Source: Dickeya solani IPO 2222 (GTDB lineage: Bacteria; Pseudomonadota; Gammaproteobacteria; Enterobacterales; Enterobacteriaceae). From it: a stretch of 32,000 bases of DNA. The position numbers were made by a program, and so were the translations under genes. The stretch lies in assembly GCF_001644705.1 (NCBI RefSeq), contig NZ_CP015137.1, positions 990,001 through 1,022,000 on the forward strand. Reading direction: 5' to 3'. The notes beneath the pieces were generated by a model. That model made no database searches, was not told where the DNA came from, and was given only the letters and a program-made list of their open reading frames with translations. Below, in pieces: positions 1 to 9,449 of this stretch; the stretch's first letter is position 1, and each line of letters starts with the position of its first letter.

Positions 1-684
1 CTGCGGCTGATTGAGGAAGATAAAGCGCTGTGCGAGCGTATCGCCGATAACGGTGCCGCGCTGGTGAAACCGGGCAGCCGCCTGTTGACCCACTGCAACA
101 CCGGCGGGCTGGCGACAGCGGGCGTCGGCACCGCGATTGGCGTCATGCTGCGCGCCCATCAGCAAGGCAAGGTGGAGAAAGTCTGGGTGGATGAAACCCG
201 TCCGCTGCTGCAGGGCGGCCGCCTGACCGCCTGGGAGCTGGGCGAACTGGGTATTCCCTATCACTTGATCTGCGATTCGATGGCCGCTTCGTTGATGGCG
301 CAGGGCCAGGTCGACGCTATCTGGGTCGGCGCGGATCGCATCGCCGCCAACGGCGACGTCGCCAACAAGATCGGCACTTACAGCCTGGCGGTGCTGGCGC
401 ACTACCACGGTATTCAGTTCTACGTCGCCGCGCCGCACACCACCCACGATCCGCACTGCCCGGACGGCAACGCCATCCCGATCGAGCAGCGCGCCGCCAG
501 CGAAGTCACCGGCGTGGCGGGCAGTTTTGGTCAATGTCAGTGGGCGCCGCACAACGCGCCGGTGTACAACCCCGCGTTCGACGTCACGCCAGCGACGCTT
601 ATCAGCGGCTGGGTGCTGGATGGCGGCGTGATCACCCCAGAACAGGTGCGCAACGGTATTTTCCAGCACCCGCTGGCGGGCTAA
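1..684 (+). CDS. mtnA: Methylthioribose-1-phosphate isomerase, C-terminal part (5' end lies outside the window)
   Basis: Frame 1 is open from base 1 ([45 protein letters not shown]...), so the start listed at 64 is internal. The HCNTGxLATxGxGTA motif and eIF-2B-like core are typical of MtnA. It lies beside mtnBCD. Confidence 0.9.
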   Translation: MRLIEEDKALCERIADNGAALVKPGSRLLTHCNTGGLATAGVGTAIGVMLRAHQQGKVEKVWVDETRPLLQGGRLTAWELGELGIPYHLICDSMAASLMAQGQVDAIWVGADRIAANGDVANKIGTYSLAVLAHYHGIQFYVAAPHTTHDPHCPDGNAIPIEQRAASEVTGVAGSFGQCQWAPHNAPVYNPAFDVTPATLISGWVLDGGVITPEQVRNGIFQHPLAG

Positions 685-709
685 ACGCAGGAAAATAAAG
701 AGAGAACAG

Positions 710-736
710 GCCGTGTCTGGCAAATGCCGACACGGC
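710..736. terminator. Hairpin between the convergent mtnA and mtnD ends
   Basis: GCCGTGTC(T)GGC-AAAT-GCC-GACACGGC gives 11 bp with one bulge. A T-rich run (CTGTTCTCTCTTTATTTTC) follows only on the minus strand, so it is more convincing as the mtnD terminator. Confidence 0.4.
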
Positions 737-747
737 TGAACACAGAA

Positions 748-1290
748 TTACGCCAGTTTCGGGTAAGCGTCGGCGATGGCATCGCCGGTGAAATGGGCTA
801 CCCAGCCATCCGGGTTGTCGAACAGGCGAATGGCGGTGAAATGCGGCTCGGAACCCATGTCGAACCAGTGCGGCACGCCGGCAGGCACCGACAGCAGGTC
901 ATTCTTTTCGCACAGAATCTGGAAAATCCGGCCGTCCACGTGCAGGCAGAACAGCCCCGCCCCTTCCACAAAGAAACGCACTTCGTCTTCGCCGTGGGTA
1001 TGCTCCGACAGGAACTTGGTGCGCAATGCGTCTTTCTGCGGATTGTCGGCACGCATGCTAACAACATCCCAACTCTGGTAGCCTTTCTCCGCCACCAGCT
1101 TGTCAAGCTCATGCTGGTACGCGGCCAGCACTTCCTCAGCAGAAGGCGCGGCGCTCAGGTCGCGATCCGCCTGCCAGCGTTCAAAGCGCACATTAATCGC
1201 GTTCAGTTGCCGGGCGATTGCATCCGCATCGCGGCTTTGCCAGACCGGCTGACCGGCATCCGTATCGCTGAAAATGGTTAAGGCACTCAT
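748..1290 (-). CDS. mtnD: Acireductone dioxygenase (ARD, cupin)
   Basis: 180-aa ORF beginning [13 protein letters not shown]... with the cupin metal motif [21 protein letters not shown] lies 6 nt upstream of the ATG. It is the last gene of the mtnB-C-D chain. Confidence 0.92.
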   Translation of the reverse strand: MSALTIFSDTDAGQPVWQSRDADAIARQLNAINVRFERWQADRDLSAAPSAEEVLAAYQHELDKLVAEKGYQSWDVVSMRADNPQKDALRTKFLSEHTHGEDEVRFFVEGAGLFCLHVDGRIFQILCEKNDLLSVPAGVPHWFDMGSEPHFTAIRLFDNPDGWVAHFTGDAIADAYPKLA

Positions 1291-1303
1291 GGCGGTTCTC
1301 CTG

Positions 1304-1996
1304 TTAGTTGGCCTGATAGGCGTTCAGGTCGATCTGATCAAAACGGTTTACCTGACGATGGCGGCTGTCGGTATCCGCGTCGTCGCGGATCAACTGGCAG
1401 GTATGCCAGCCCGCCTGCTCGGCGGCGTCCAGTTCCTGACGAATATCCGACAGGAACAGCAACTCGCCGGCGGGCAGCCCGATGGCGCGGGCGATATTGT
1501 GGTACGACGCCGTCTCGCGCTTGGCGCCGACGCGGGTATCAAAATAGTCGCTGAACAGCGGCCGCAAGTCGCCGGCGTCGCTGTGACCAAACAGCAGATG
1601 CTGTGCTTCCACCGACCCGGACGAGTAGACATACAGCGCGATGCCCTGCTGGCGCCAGGCGCGCAGCTGCGGCGCCACATCATCATAAACATGGCCGCGA
1701 AAATCGCCGTTACGGTAGCCACTGCGCCAGATGATGCCCTGCAACAGCTTCAGCGCCGGCGATTTACGGTCTTCATCCATAAACTGATTGAGCGCCGCCA
1801 GCAACTGGGCGGGCGTGGCGTCCGGCTGACCCAGTTCCTGACGCGCTAACGTCAGCGCGGCGGCGATCTCCGGGTCACGCTCCGCCTGCGCCACCGCGTC
1901 GGCCAGACGCGCGCGGGCGTACGGGAACAACACGTTGTGTACAAAGCGAATATCGCTGGTGGTGCCTTCAATGTCGGTGACAATCGCGTTAATCAT
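1304..1996 (-). CDS. mtnC: Enolase-phosphatase E1 (HAD family)
   Basis: [19 protein letters not shown] carries the HAD DxEGT motif I. The C-terminal ...FLSDI... is also HAD-like. The start overlaps the mtnB stop (ATGA, 1993-1996). Confidence 0.92.
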   Translation of the reverse strand: MINAIVTDIEGTTSDIRFVHNVLFPYARARLADAVAQAERDPEIAAALTLARQELGQPDATPAQLLAALNQFMDEDRKSPALKLLQGIIWRSGYRNGDFRGHVYDDVAPQLRAWRQQGIALYVYSSGSVEAQHLLFGHSDAGDLRPLFSDYFDTRVGAKRETASYHNIARAIGLPAGELLFLSDIRQELDAAEQAGWHTCQLIRDDADTDSRHRQVNRFDQIDLNAYQAN

Positions 1997-2607
1997 TTCG
2001 CCTCCAGCACGCGTCGTTGCAATTCACACTGGAACAGGAACTCCAGCCCTTCCAGATGACGGCGAGCCTCGTTAACGTCATTGCCCCAGCAGTACAGGCC
2101 GTGCCCACGCACCAGAAAACCGTAACGCAGCGGCGCCGTTTCATGACGGGCCGCGACCCGGTCCGCCAGCGCCGGAATATCCTGATCGTTGTCGAAAATC
2201 GGAATCGCCACCTGATCCCGATGGGTACGCTGGCCGCTCAGCGACTTCTGCATTTCGTAGCCTTCCAGCACCAGCGCGTCGCTTTTCTCCACCCGCGACA
2301 GTACCGTGGCGTTGACCGAATGGGTATGCAACACCGCACCCACCGACGGGAGCAACCGGTAGAGCAGCGTATGCAGCCCGGTTTCCGCCGACGGCGTGCG
2401 GCCGCTCGGGACATGATTGGTGGCGATATCAACCCGCAGGAAATCCTGCGCGTTCAGGCTGCCTTTGTCCTTGCCGGATTCGGTAATCAGGCACTGCCGT
2501 TCATCAAGGCGAACGGACATGTTGCCGCCCGTCGCCGGGCACCAACCTTTCTCACCGATCCAGTGGCAAGCCGCCACCAGCGCGGTCAGTTGTGGAGTCT
2601 CACTCAT
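1993..2607 (-). CDS. mtnB: Methylthioribulose-1-phosphate dehydratase (class II aldolase/adducin fold)
   Basis: 204 aa with GGNMSVR and HTHS motifs typical of MtnB. An AGGA RBS lies upstream of the ATG at 2607. Confidence 0.9.
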   Translation of the reverse strand: MSETPQLTALVAACHWIGEKGWCPATGGNMSVRLDERQCLITESGKDKGSLNAQDFLRVDIATNHVPSGRTPSAETGLHTLLYRLLPSVGAVLHTHSVNATVLSRVEKSDALVLEGYEMQKSLSGQRTHRDQVAIPIFDNDQDIPALADRVAARHETAPLRYGFLVRGHGLYCWGNDVNEARRHLEGLEFLFQCELQRRVLEAK

Positions 2608-2704
2608 AAATCATCCTGTACAGGTGAAGGCGTCACGCGGTTATTAAAACCATTAATGAGCCTGCTTATTATATTTGGCTATAGCTTAGTAAATTACGGA
2701 ATTT

Positions 2705-2728
2705 AGCCGTTTAAACGTCCAAGCGTCT
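2705..2728. promoter_or_regulatory. Three tandem MetJ-box-like octamers in the mtnB/ybdL divergent region
   Basis: AGCCGTTT AAACGTCC AAGCGTCT: each octamer matches 6 of 8 positions of the met-box consensus AGACGTCT. They are head to tail with no spacer and abut the -35 of the ybdL-side promoter. Confidence 0.35.
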
Positions 2729-2731
2729 TGA

Positions 2732-2760
2732 TTGCCAAATACTAGCATCCTGTATATAGT
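2732..2760 (+). promoter_or_regulatory. Sigma70-type promoter for ybdL-yafV
   Basis: TTGCCA (2732-2737), 17-bp spacer, TATAGT (2755-2760). Its position inside the long ORF-track version (2732 start) supports the 2798 start codon. Confidence 0.5.
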
Positions 2761-2797
2761 GGCAGCAATAACAGGCTTGCAGGAGTCCTTTTTAGCC

Positions 2798-3955
2798 ATG
2801 AGCGCCGCACTGATCCCCGACAGCAAACTCCCTTCCCTCGGCACCACCATTTTTACCCAGATGAGCGCACTGGCGCAGCAGCACCAGGCGATCAACCTGT
2901 CGCAAGGCTTCCCGGATTTTGACGGCCCCGACTACCTGAAACAGCGTCTGGCTTATCACGTCAGTCAGGGCGCGAATCAGTACGCGCCGATGACCGGCGT
3001 GGCGCCGCTGCGTCAGGCGATTGCGGAAAAGACCGCGGCGCTGTATGGCTGGCAACCGGACGCCGATAGCGAAGTCACGGTCACCGCCGGCGCCACCGAG
3101 GCGCTATTCGCCGCCATCAGCGCGCTGGTGCGGCCGGGCGATGAAGTGATCTGCTTTGATCCCAGCTACGACAGCTACGCACCGGCGGTGCAACTAGCCG
3201 GCGGCGTCCTGAAGCGAATCGCCCTGCAACCGCCGGCGTTTCGCGTCGACTGGGTCGCTTTCGGCGCGCTGTTGAGCGACCGCACCCGGCTGGTGATCGT
3301 CAACACGCCGCACAATCCGTCCGCCACCGTCTGGCAGCAGGAGGATTTCCGCCAGCTGTGGCAGGCCATCGCCAGCCGCCCTATTTATGTGCTGAGCGAC
3401 GAAGTGTACGAGCATATCTGCTTTGCCGCCGACGGCCACGCCAGCGTGCTGGCACACCCGGAACTGCGCCAGCGGGCCATTGCCGTGTCCTCTTTCGGCA
3501 AAACCTATCACATGACCGGCTGGAAAGTGGGGTATTGCGTCGCGCCGGCGCCGATCAGCGCCGAGCTGCGTAAAGTTCATCAGTACCTGACGTTTGCCGT
3601 CAACACGCCGGCCCAGTTGGCGATTGCCGATATGCTGCAACACCAGCCGCAGCACTGGCGCGAACTGCCGGACTTTTATCGCGCCAAACGCGACCGCTTC
3701 GTTAACGCGCTGGCAGCCAGCCGGCTGGACATTCTGCCCTGCGAAGGCACCTACTTCCTGCTGGCGGACTATCGCGCCATTTCCGCACAGGATGACGCCA
3801 GTTTCTGCCGCTGGCTGACCGAGCACGTCGGCGTGGCGGCGATCCCGCTGTCTGTTTTCTGCGCAGCCCCCTTCCCTCATACGCTGATTCGGTTATGCTT
3901 TGCCAAACAGGAATCAACCCTGGATGCCGCCGCGGAGCGCTTATGTCAACTTTAA
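2798..3955 (+). CDS. ybdL: PLP-dependent methionine/glutamine aminotransferase (YbdL type, class I/II)
   Basis: From M23 of the ORF (MSAALIPDSKLPSLGTTIFTQMSALAQQHQAINLSQGFPDFDGP...) it is near-colinear with E. coli YbdL as I recall it. The PLP-lysine motif is SFGKTYHMTGWKVGY. Confidence 0.88.
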   Translation: MSAALIPDSKLPSLGTTIFTQMSALAQQHQAINLSQGFPDFDGPDYLKQRLAYHVSQGANQYAPMTGVAPLRQAIAEKTAALYGWQPDADSEVTVTAGATEALFAAISALVRPGDEVICFDPSYDSYAPAVQLAGGVLKRIALQPPAFRVDWVAFGALLSDRTRLVIVNTPHNPSATVWQQEDFRQLWQAIASRPIYVLSDEVYEHICFAADGHASVLAHPELRQRAIAVSSFGKTYHMTGWKVGYCVAPAPISAELRKVHQYLTFAVNTPAQLAIADMLQHQPQHWRELPDFYRAKRDRFVNALAASRLDILPCEGTYFLLADYRAISAQDDASFCRWLTEHVGVAAIPLSVFCAAPFPHTLIRLCFAKQESTLDAAAERLCQL

Positions 3956-4713
3956 AGGTCACCCTGTTACAACAGCCGTTGGTATGGATGGACGGCCCTG
4001 CCAACCTCAGTCATTTCGACGGTCTGCTGGGCGAGCTGACCGGCCGCGATCTGATCGTGCTGCCGGAAATGTTCACCACCGGTTTCGCGATGGAAGCGGC
4101 CAAAAGCAGTCTGGAACAGCCTGTGGTGGAAGCCTGGCTGAAACAGTGGGCGCAGCGCAATAATGCGCTGGTGGGCGGCAGCGTGGCGGTGCAGACCGGC
4201 AAGGGTGCGGTCAATCGTTTTCTGCTGGCCGACCCGCAGGGGCGGGTGTACCAGTACGACAAACGCCATCTGTTCCGCATGGCGGGCGAACATGAGTATT
4301 ACCGGTCCGGCCAGACGCGGGAAATCGTGGAATGGCGCGGCTGGCGTATTCTGCCGCTGATCTGCTACGACCTGCGCTTCCCGGTGTGGTCCCGCAATCG
4401 CCAGGATTACGATCTAGCGCTGTACGTCGCCAACTGGCCGGCGCCGCGCGCGCTGCACTGGAAAACCCTGCTGGCGGCGCGGGCGATTGAAAATCAGGCC
4501 TATGTGGCTGGCTGTAACCGTGTCGGCACCGACGGCAACGGCCACAGCTATCAGGGCGACAGCCTGATTATCGACGCACAGGGCGCGATTCTGGCCTCGG
4601 CCCCCGAGCATCAGCCCGCTCGTCTTGACGCCGAACTGTCGCTGGAAGCGCTGCAAAGCTACCGTGAAGCCTTCCCTGCCTGGCGCGACGCCGACGGGTT
4701 CCATTTACCGTAG
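3943..4713 (+). CDS. yafV: Omega-amidase / 2-oxoglutaramate amidase (nitrilase superfamily, YafV type)
   Basis: MSTLKVTLLQQPLVWMDGPANL... is colinear with E. coli YafV. The catalytic Cys context is LPLICYDLRFPVWSR. GGAG lies 5 nt upstream, and the gene overlaps the ybdL 3' end by 13 nt. Confidence 0.88.
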   Translation: MSTLKVTLLQQPLVWMDGPANLSHFDGLLGELTGRDLIVLPEMFTTGFAMEAAKSSLEQPVVEAWLKQWAQRNNALVGGSVAVQTGKGAVNRFLLADPQGRVYQYDKRHLFRMAGEHEYYRSGQTREIVEWRGWRILPLICYDLRFPVWSRNRQDYDLALYVANWPAPRALHWKTLLAARAIENQAYVAGCNRVGTDGNGHSYQGDSLIIDAQGAILASAPEHQPARLDAELSLEALQSYREAFPAWRDADGFHLP

Positions 4714-4744
4714 ACCCAATTTACCGCAGACCCAATTTACCGTC
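4697..4744. repeat. Tandem repeat of 3 x 16 bp spanning the yafV stop codon
   Basis: GACCCAATTTACCGCA (4713-4728) and GACCCAATTTACCGTC (4729-4744) follow a diverged copy, GGTTCCATTTACCGTA (4697-4712, 11/16). The diverged copy encodes the last yafV codons and the stop. Confidence 0.8.
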
Positions 4745-4751
4745 ATGCAAC

Positions 4752-4783
4752 GACACCACCTTCCGTTTCGGGAGGGTGGCGTC
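4752..4783. terminator. GC-rich hairpin between the convergent yafV and hpxK ends (no U-tract)
   Basis: GACACCACCTTCC / GGAGGGTGGCGTC gives about 13 bp with one mismatch and one G-U pair, and a 6-nt loop. There is no T-run on either strand, so its terminator function is uncertain. Confidence 0.3.
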
Positions 4784-4813
4784 TGAATGCCATCATTGCA
4801 ACAGAACCCTTTG

Positions 4814-6103
4814 TTACCTGATAAGTTTATATAATTCGCGTCGATACCCCCGCACCGTCAGCAGCAGCGCCTGCAGCGCCAGCGCCACATCGTCTTCCAG
4901 TACCGACTCATCGGGATGGTGGCTGATGCCGCCCTTGCAGCGCATGAACAACATCCCGACCGGCCAACGTTCGGCGATGGCGATAGCGTCATGGCCGGCG
5001 CCGCTTGGCAGCAGCATATTATTGCCCTGCACCTGCGCGACCGCGGCGGACAGCCGCTGTTGCAGGTCATCATCGCAGCGGGTGGCGGCGATGCGGTAAT
5101 ACTCCTCGGCGCTGAAAGCGCACCCGCGCGGTACGGCAATGTCCTGCGCCAACATCAGCAGCCGTTGCAGCAGCGCATCCAGCGGTTTATCGTCCGGGCC
5201 GCGAATGTCCAGCGTCAACCGCACTTCACCGGGAATCACATTGGCTGCGCCGGGCAGGCACTGCAAGGTGCCGAAAGTCGCCACCAGATAGGGATCGCTG
5301 TCGCGCGTTATCTGCTCGGCCTGCGTCATCCACGTCGCCGCCGCCGCCAGCGCGTCCTGCCGCTGCGACATCGGCACCGTACCGGCATGGCCGGCGTGAC
5401 CGGTAAAGGTACAGTTCAGCCGCCGCGCGCCGTTGATGGCGGTCACCACGCCCAACGCCAGTCCGGCCTGTTCCAGACACGGCCCTTGTTCGATATGCAA
5501 CTCCAGATAGGCCAGAATATCCGCCGCCGGACGGGCTGCCTGGGCGACAGCATCCGGGCTCAGCCCGGCCTGCGTCAGCGCCTGCGCCACGGTAACGCCG
5601 TTGGCGTCCGGGCGCGACAGCCAGCCGTCGGGCCAGGTGCCGGTCAATCCGCGGCTACCGAGCAGCGTGACGTCAAAGCGGGTGCCTTCTTCGTCGCCAA
5701 AGCCGATCACCTCCAGCGCCACCGGCAAGCGTATCCCGTGTTGGTTCAGGAATGACACGGTTTCAATCGCCGCCAGCACCCCCAGCATGCCGTCGTAACG
5801 GCCGGCATTACGGACGGTATCAAGGTGCGAGCCCAGCAGCAGCGCCGGCGCGCCCGGTACGTTACCCTCATAACGGCCGCAAATATTACCGACGCTGTCT
5901 TGCCATACGCGCATCCCCGCGTCCCGCATCCACTCGCCCGCCTGCTGGTTGGCCTGCAGATGCTGCGGCGACAGATAAACGCGGGTGAGCTGGCCGGCGG
6001 TTTCGCTGATGGCCGCCAGCCGATCGCAGCGCGCCATCACCCGGCGGGCCGCCGCCTGCGCGTCGAGATCCGTCATCATACCTTCCATCAGCGCCTCGTT
6101 CAT
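4814..6103 (-). CDS. hpxK: Allantoate amidohydrolase / N-carbamoyl-amino-acid amidohydrolase (M20 family)
   Basis: M20 metal and catalytic motifs GSHLDTV and GFGDEEGTRF are present. The size (429 aa) and the ATGA overlap with the upstream class V aminotransferase match the Klebsiella hpxJ-hpxK arrangement. The symbol is assigned by analogy, not by search. Confidence 0.8.
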   Translation of the reverse strand: MNEALMEGMMTDLDAQAAARRVMARCDRLAAISETAGQLTRVYLSPQHLQANQQAGEWMRDAGMRVWQDSVGNICGRYEGNVPGAPALLLGSHLDTVRNAGRYDGMLGVLAAIETVSFLNQHGIRLPVALEVIGFGDEEGTRFDVTLLGSRGLTGTWPDGWLSRPDANGVTVAQALTQAGLSPDAVAQAARPAADILAYLELHIEQGPCLEQAGLALGVVTAINGARRLNCTFTGHAGHAGTVPMSQRQDALAAAATWMTQAEQITRDSDPYLVATFGTLQCLPGAANVIPGEVRLTLDIRGPDDKPLDALLQRLLMLAQDIAVPRGCAFSAEEYYRIAATRCDDDLQQRLSAAVAQVQGNNMLLPSGAGHDAIAIAERWPVGMLFMRCKGGISHHPDESVLEDDVALALQALLLTVRGYRRELYKLIR

Positions 6104-7344
6104 GCCGGCGCCCGTGCGGCATCGTACACATCCCAGGCCGCCTGCAACGCCGCGCCCTGCACCGAGCGAAAACCGAGGCGATTTAACACCGCTTCCAGCG
6201 CGGTCAGCGTTTGCATCACGCAGTCTTTGCGGGCGTTGTAGCCCATGGTGCCGACACGCCAGATCTTGCCCTGCAACGGCCCGAACGAGGTGCCGATTTC
6301 GATGGCGAAATCCTCCAGCAGCAGCTTGCGCACCTGCTCGCCGTGGATCCCCTGCGGGATCACCACGCCCAGCACGTTGCTCATCTTATTGGCGATGTCG
6401 CCGTAAGGCTGTAACCCCATGCCTTCGATGCCGGCCAGCAGCGCGCTGCCGTGCAACTGGTGGCGAGCGATGCACTCGTCCAGCCCTTCTTCGAGAATAA
6501 CGCGGGCGCACTCGCGGGCGGCGAACAGCATGCTGGTGGCTTCGGTGTGGTGGTTCAAGCGCTCCGGTCCCCAGTAATCCATGATCATGCCGAGGTCGAA
6601 GTAGTTGGAGTAAATCATTTCGTCATCGCCGTCCTGATGATCAGTGGTGCGAATCCCCTGCTCCACGCACTTACGCTGGCGAATCACTGCTTCCATCCCC
6701 GGACTAAGGGTGACCGGCGAGCTGCCGGACGGCCCACCCAGGCATTTCTGCAACCCGGCGGACACCGCATCCAGCCCCCAGGCGTCGGTTTCCAGCGGGT
6801 TGCCGCCGAACGAGGCGGTGGCGTCGGTGTAAAACAGCACGTTATGACGACGGCAGATAGCGCCCAGCTCCGCCAACGGCTGCAGCATGGTCGTCGACGT
6901 GTCGCCCTGCACGGTCAGCAACAGGCACGGTTTCACCCGCTTGATGGCGTCTTCTATCTGATCCGGCGTGAACACCTCGCCCCACGGCGCCTCGATGGTG
7001 TGCACATCGGCACGGCAGCGGCGGGCAATCTCGCACAGCAGGTGGCCGAAGCGGCCGAACACCGGCACCAGCACCCGGTCGCCGGGGCGGATCGCCGACA
7101 CCAGAATCGCCTCGATACCGGCGCGGGACGTGCCGTCTACCAGCATCGTCCAGCGGTTGTCGGTGCGGAACAATTGACGATACAGCGCCATCACCTGATT
7201 CATGTACCCGGTCATTGCCGGGTCATACTGCCCGACCAGTTGGCTGGCCATCGCGCGCAGCACGCGCGGATCGGCGTTGATCGGGCCAGGCCCCATGAGC
7301 AGACGATGGGGCGGATTGATCTGCGCAAACAGGTCGTTATGCAT
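6100..7344 (-). CDS. hpxJ: Class V aminotransferase, ureidoglycine-glyoxylate aminotransferase type
   Basis: N-terminal LLMGPGPINADPRVLRAM and the PLP-lysine motif SAGLQKCLGGPSG are typical of the AGT/PucG/HpxJ family. I chose the start at M11 (7344) because CAGGAG lies 8 nt upstream. Confidence 0.8.
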   Translation of the reverse strand: MHNDLFAQINPPHRLLMGPGPINADPRVLRAMASQLVGQYDPAMTGYMNQVMALYRQLFRTDNRWTMLVDGTSRAGIEAILVSAIRPGDRVLVPVFGRFGHLLCEIARRCRADVHTIEAPWGEVFTPDQIEDAIKRVKPCLLLTVQGDTSTTMLQPLAELGAICRRHNVLFYTDATASFGGNPLETDAWGLDAVSAGLQKCLGGPSGSSPVTLSPGMEAVIRQRKCVEQGIRTTDHQDGDDEMIYSNYFDLGMIMDYWGPERLNHHTEATSMLFAARECARVILEEGLDECIARHQLHGSALLAGIEGMGLQPYGDIANKMSNVLGVVIPQGIHGEQVRKLLLEDFAIEIGTSFGPLQGKIWRVGTMGYNARKDCVMQTLTALEAVLNRLGFRSVQGAALQAAWDVYDAARAPA

Positions 7345-7406
7345 GTGATGAACTCCTGATATCCTTGATAACATTAAAATCGTAATGGCTCATACGGCTC
7401 ACGGCG

Positions 7407-8138
7407 CTACAGCCGCACCGAGGCGATAAACTGTTTCAGCTCGGCGGTCTGCGGGTTGGCGAACAGTTCATCGCCTTTACCTTGCTCCCACACCTTGCCC
7501 TGATGCATGAACACCACCCGGTCGCCTACTTCGCGGGCGAAATTCATTTCGTGGGTGACCAGAATCAGCGTCATGCCTTCGGCCGCCAGTTGCTCCAGCA
7601 CCTTCAGCACTTCGCCGACCAGTTCCGGGTCCAGCGCAGAGGTAATTTCATCGCACAGCAGCACCTTCGGATTCATCGCCAGCGCGCGGGCGATCGCCAC
7701 CCGCTGCTGCTGGCCGCCGGACAGGCTGGACGGGTAGTAATCGATACGCTCGCCCAGCCCGACTTTTTCCAGCATTTTCACGCCCAGTTCGCGGCATTCG
7801 GCGGCGCTTTTACCCAGCACCAGCTTGGGCGCCAGCATCACGTTTTCCAGTGCGGTCATGTGTGGGAACAGGTTGAAATTCTGAAAAATCATGCCGATAG
7901 AGCGGCTGATCTCCCGTGCCTGCGAGTCGCGGTCGGTTACGGTAATACCACCGAGCTTGATGCTGCCGTCCTGATAACCTTCCAGCCCGTTAATGCAGCG
8001 CAGCAGAGTGCTTTTACCGGAGCCGCTGCGGCCGATGATGGAGATCACTTCGCCCGCATCAACATCCAGATCCACCCCTTTCAGCACGTGGTTCTGACCG
8101 TAGTATTTATGGACCTGATTAATGGTGATGAGCGGCAT
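7407..8138 (-). CDS. ABC transporter ATP-binding protein (polar amino acid uptake family)
   Basis: Walker A GRSGSGKST, signature LSGGQQQRVAIARAL and Walker B LLCDEITSALD are all present. It overlaps the upstream permease by 20 nt. Confidence 0.92.
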   Translation of the reverse strand: MPLITINQVHKYYGQNHVLKGVDLDVDAGEVISIIGRSGSGKSTLLRCINGLEGYQDGSIKLGGITVTDRDSQAREISRSIGMIFQNFNLFPHMTALENVMLAPKLVLGKSAAECRELGVKMLEKVGLGERIDYYPSSLSGGQQQRVAIARALAMNPKVLLCDEITSALDPELVGEVLKVLEQLAAEGMTLILVTHEMNFAREVGDRVVFMHQGKVWEQGKGDELFANPQTAELKQFIASVRL

Positions 8139-8775
8139 TGAATTTCTTCTCCAGATAACGGCTGCAGTACGACAGCGGGTAACACAGCAGGAAATAGCCC
8201 AGCGCCACCAGCCCGAACACCTTGAACGGCTGGAAGGTGACGTTATTAAGCATGGTGCCGGCCTTGGTCAGCTCGACGAAACCGATAATCGACGCCAGCG
8301 CGGTGCCCTTGATCACCTGCACCGAAAAACCGACCGTCGGCGCGATGGCGATACGCATCGCCTGCGGCGCGATCACCCGGGTCAGCGTCTGCGTGAAGCT
8401 CAGCCCCAGACAGCGGCAGGCTTCCCACTGCCCTTTCGGCAACGCCTGCACGCTGCCGTGCCAGATATCCAGCAGAAACGCGCTGGTAAACAGCGTCAAC
8501 GCCAGCGCAGCGGCGGTCCACGGGCTGACGTCGATGCCGAACAATCCCAGCCCGAAAAACGCCAGAAACAGCTGCATCAGCAGCGGCGTGCCCTGAAACA
8601 CATCGGCGTACAGCCGGGTCAGACGCAGCGGCCACCGACGTTTGGTCAGGCGCAGCAGCAGCAGCGGCAGCGTGACCAGCCCGCCGCCGAAAAACGCCGC
8701 CAGCGACAGCAGCACCGTCCAGCGCCCGGCCAGCAGCAGGTTGCGTACAATATCCCAATCAGTAAACGTCATCAT
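8119..8775 (-). CDS. ABC transporter permease (HisM/GlnP-like)
   Basis: 218-aa hydrophobic protein with an EAA-like loop (EACRCLGLSFTQTLTRVIAPQA). A TGATG junction links it to the preceding permease. Confidence 0.88.
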   Translation of the reverse strand: MMTFTDWDIVRNLLLAGRWTVLLSLAAFFGGGLVTLPLLLLRLTKRRWPLRLTRLYADVFQGTPLLMQLFLAFFGLGLFGIDVSPWTAAALALTLFTSAFLLDIWHGSVQALPKGQWEACRCLGLSFTQTLTRVIAPQAMRIAIAPTVGFSVQVIKGTALASIIGFVELTKAGTMLNNVTFQPFKVFGLVALGYFLLCYPLSYCSRYLEKKFNAAHHH

Positions 8776-9440
8776 CAGCGCGGCGTTCCCAAAAAACGTC
8801 GCCCGGCCAGCAATAGCAACTGACGCATCAGCATCGACAGCGCCAGATAGCAGAGCGTAGTCACCAGATATGCCTCAAAGCTGAGGAAAGTCCGGGACTG
8901 AATTAAATTGGCGGCGAAAGTCAGCTCTTCGTACGATACTTGCGACACCACGGACGAACCGAGCATCACGATGATGCACTGACTGACCAGCGCCGGATAA
9001 ATCCGTTGCAGCGCGGGCGGCAAAATCACCCGCGTAAACGTCTGGGCACGCGACAACCCCAGTACCCGCGCAGCTTCCCACTGGCCTTTCGGCGTCACCT
9101 GAATACCGGCGCGGATAATTTCCGTGCTGTAAGCCCCCAGGTTGACCAGCATCGCCAGCAGGGCGGCCTGCCCGGCGGTGAGCTTGAGCCCCAGCCCCGG
9201 CAGACCGAACACGATGAAAAACAGTTGCACCACAAACGGCGTATTGCGGATCACCTCGACGTACAGGCCCCACAGGCGGCTGACGACGGTCGGCTTACCG
9301 CTGCGCAATGCCGCGCCGCCGATACCGATGGCGATCCCGCCGATCGTCGCCATCGTCGTCAGTTGCACGGTGACCCACAGGCCGGCCAGTAACTCCGGCC
9401 AGTAAGGCCACAGCGCCGCGAAATGAAGCTGATAAGTCAT
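8775..9440 (-). CDS. ABC transporter permease (HisQ/GlnP-like)
   Basis: 221-aa hydrophobic protein with an EAA loop (EAARVLGLSRAQTFTRVILPPA). Confidence 0.88.
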   Translation of the reverse strand: MTYQLHFAALWPYWPELLAGLWVTVQLTTMATIGGIAIGIGGAALRSGKPTVVSRLWGLYVEVIRNTPFVVQLFFIVFGLPGLGLKLTAGQAALLAMLVNLGAYSTEIIRAGIQVTPKGQWEAARVLGLSRAQTFTRVILPPALQRIYPALVSQCIIVMLGSSVVSQVSYEELTFAANLIQSRTFLSFEAYLVTTLCYLALSMLMRQLLLLAGRRFLGTPR

Positions 9441-9449
9441 GGCTTATCC

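Noticed and set aside
776-1112. Nested ORFs of 101 and 104 aa, plus a 185-aa plus-strand ORF (724-1281), overlapping mtnD.
   Set aside because: mtnD on the minus strand has a clear cupin/ARD sequence and an RBS. The overlapping frames are compositional artefacts.
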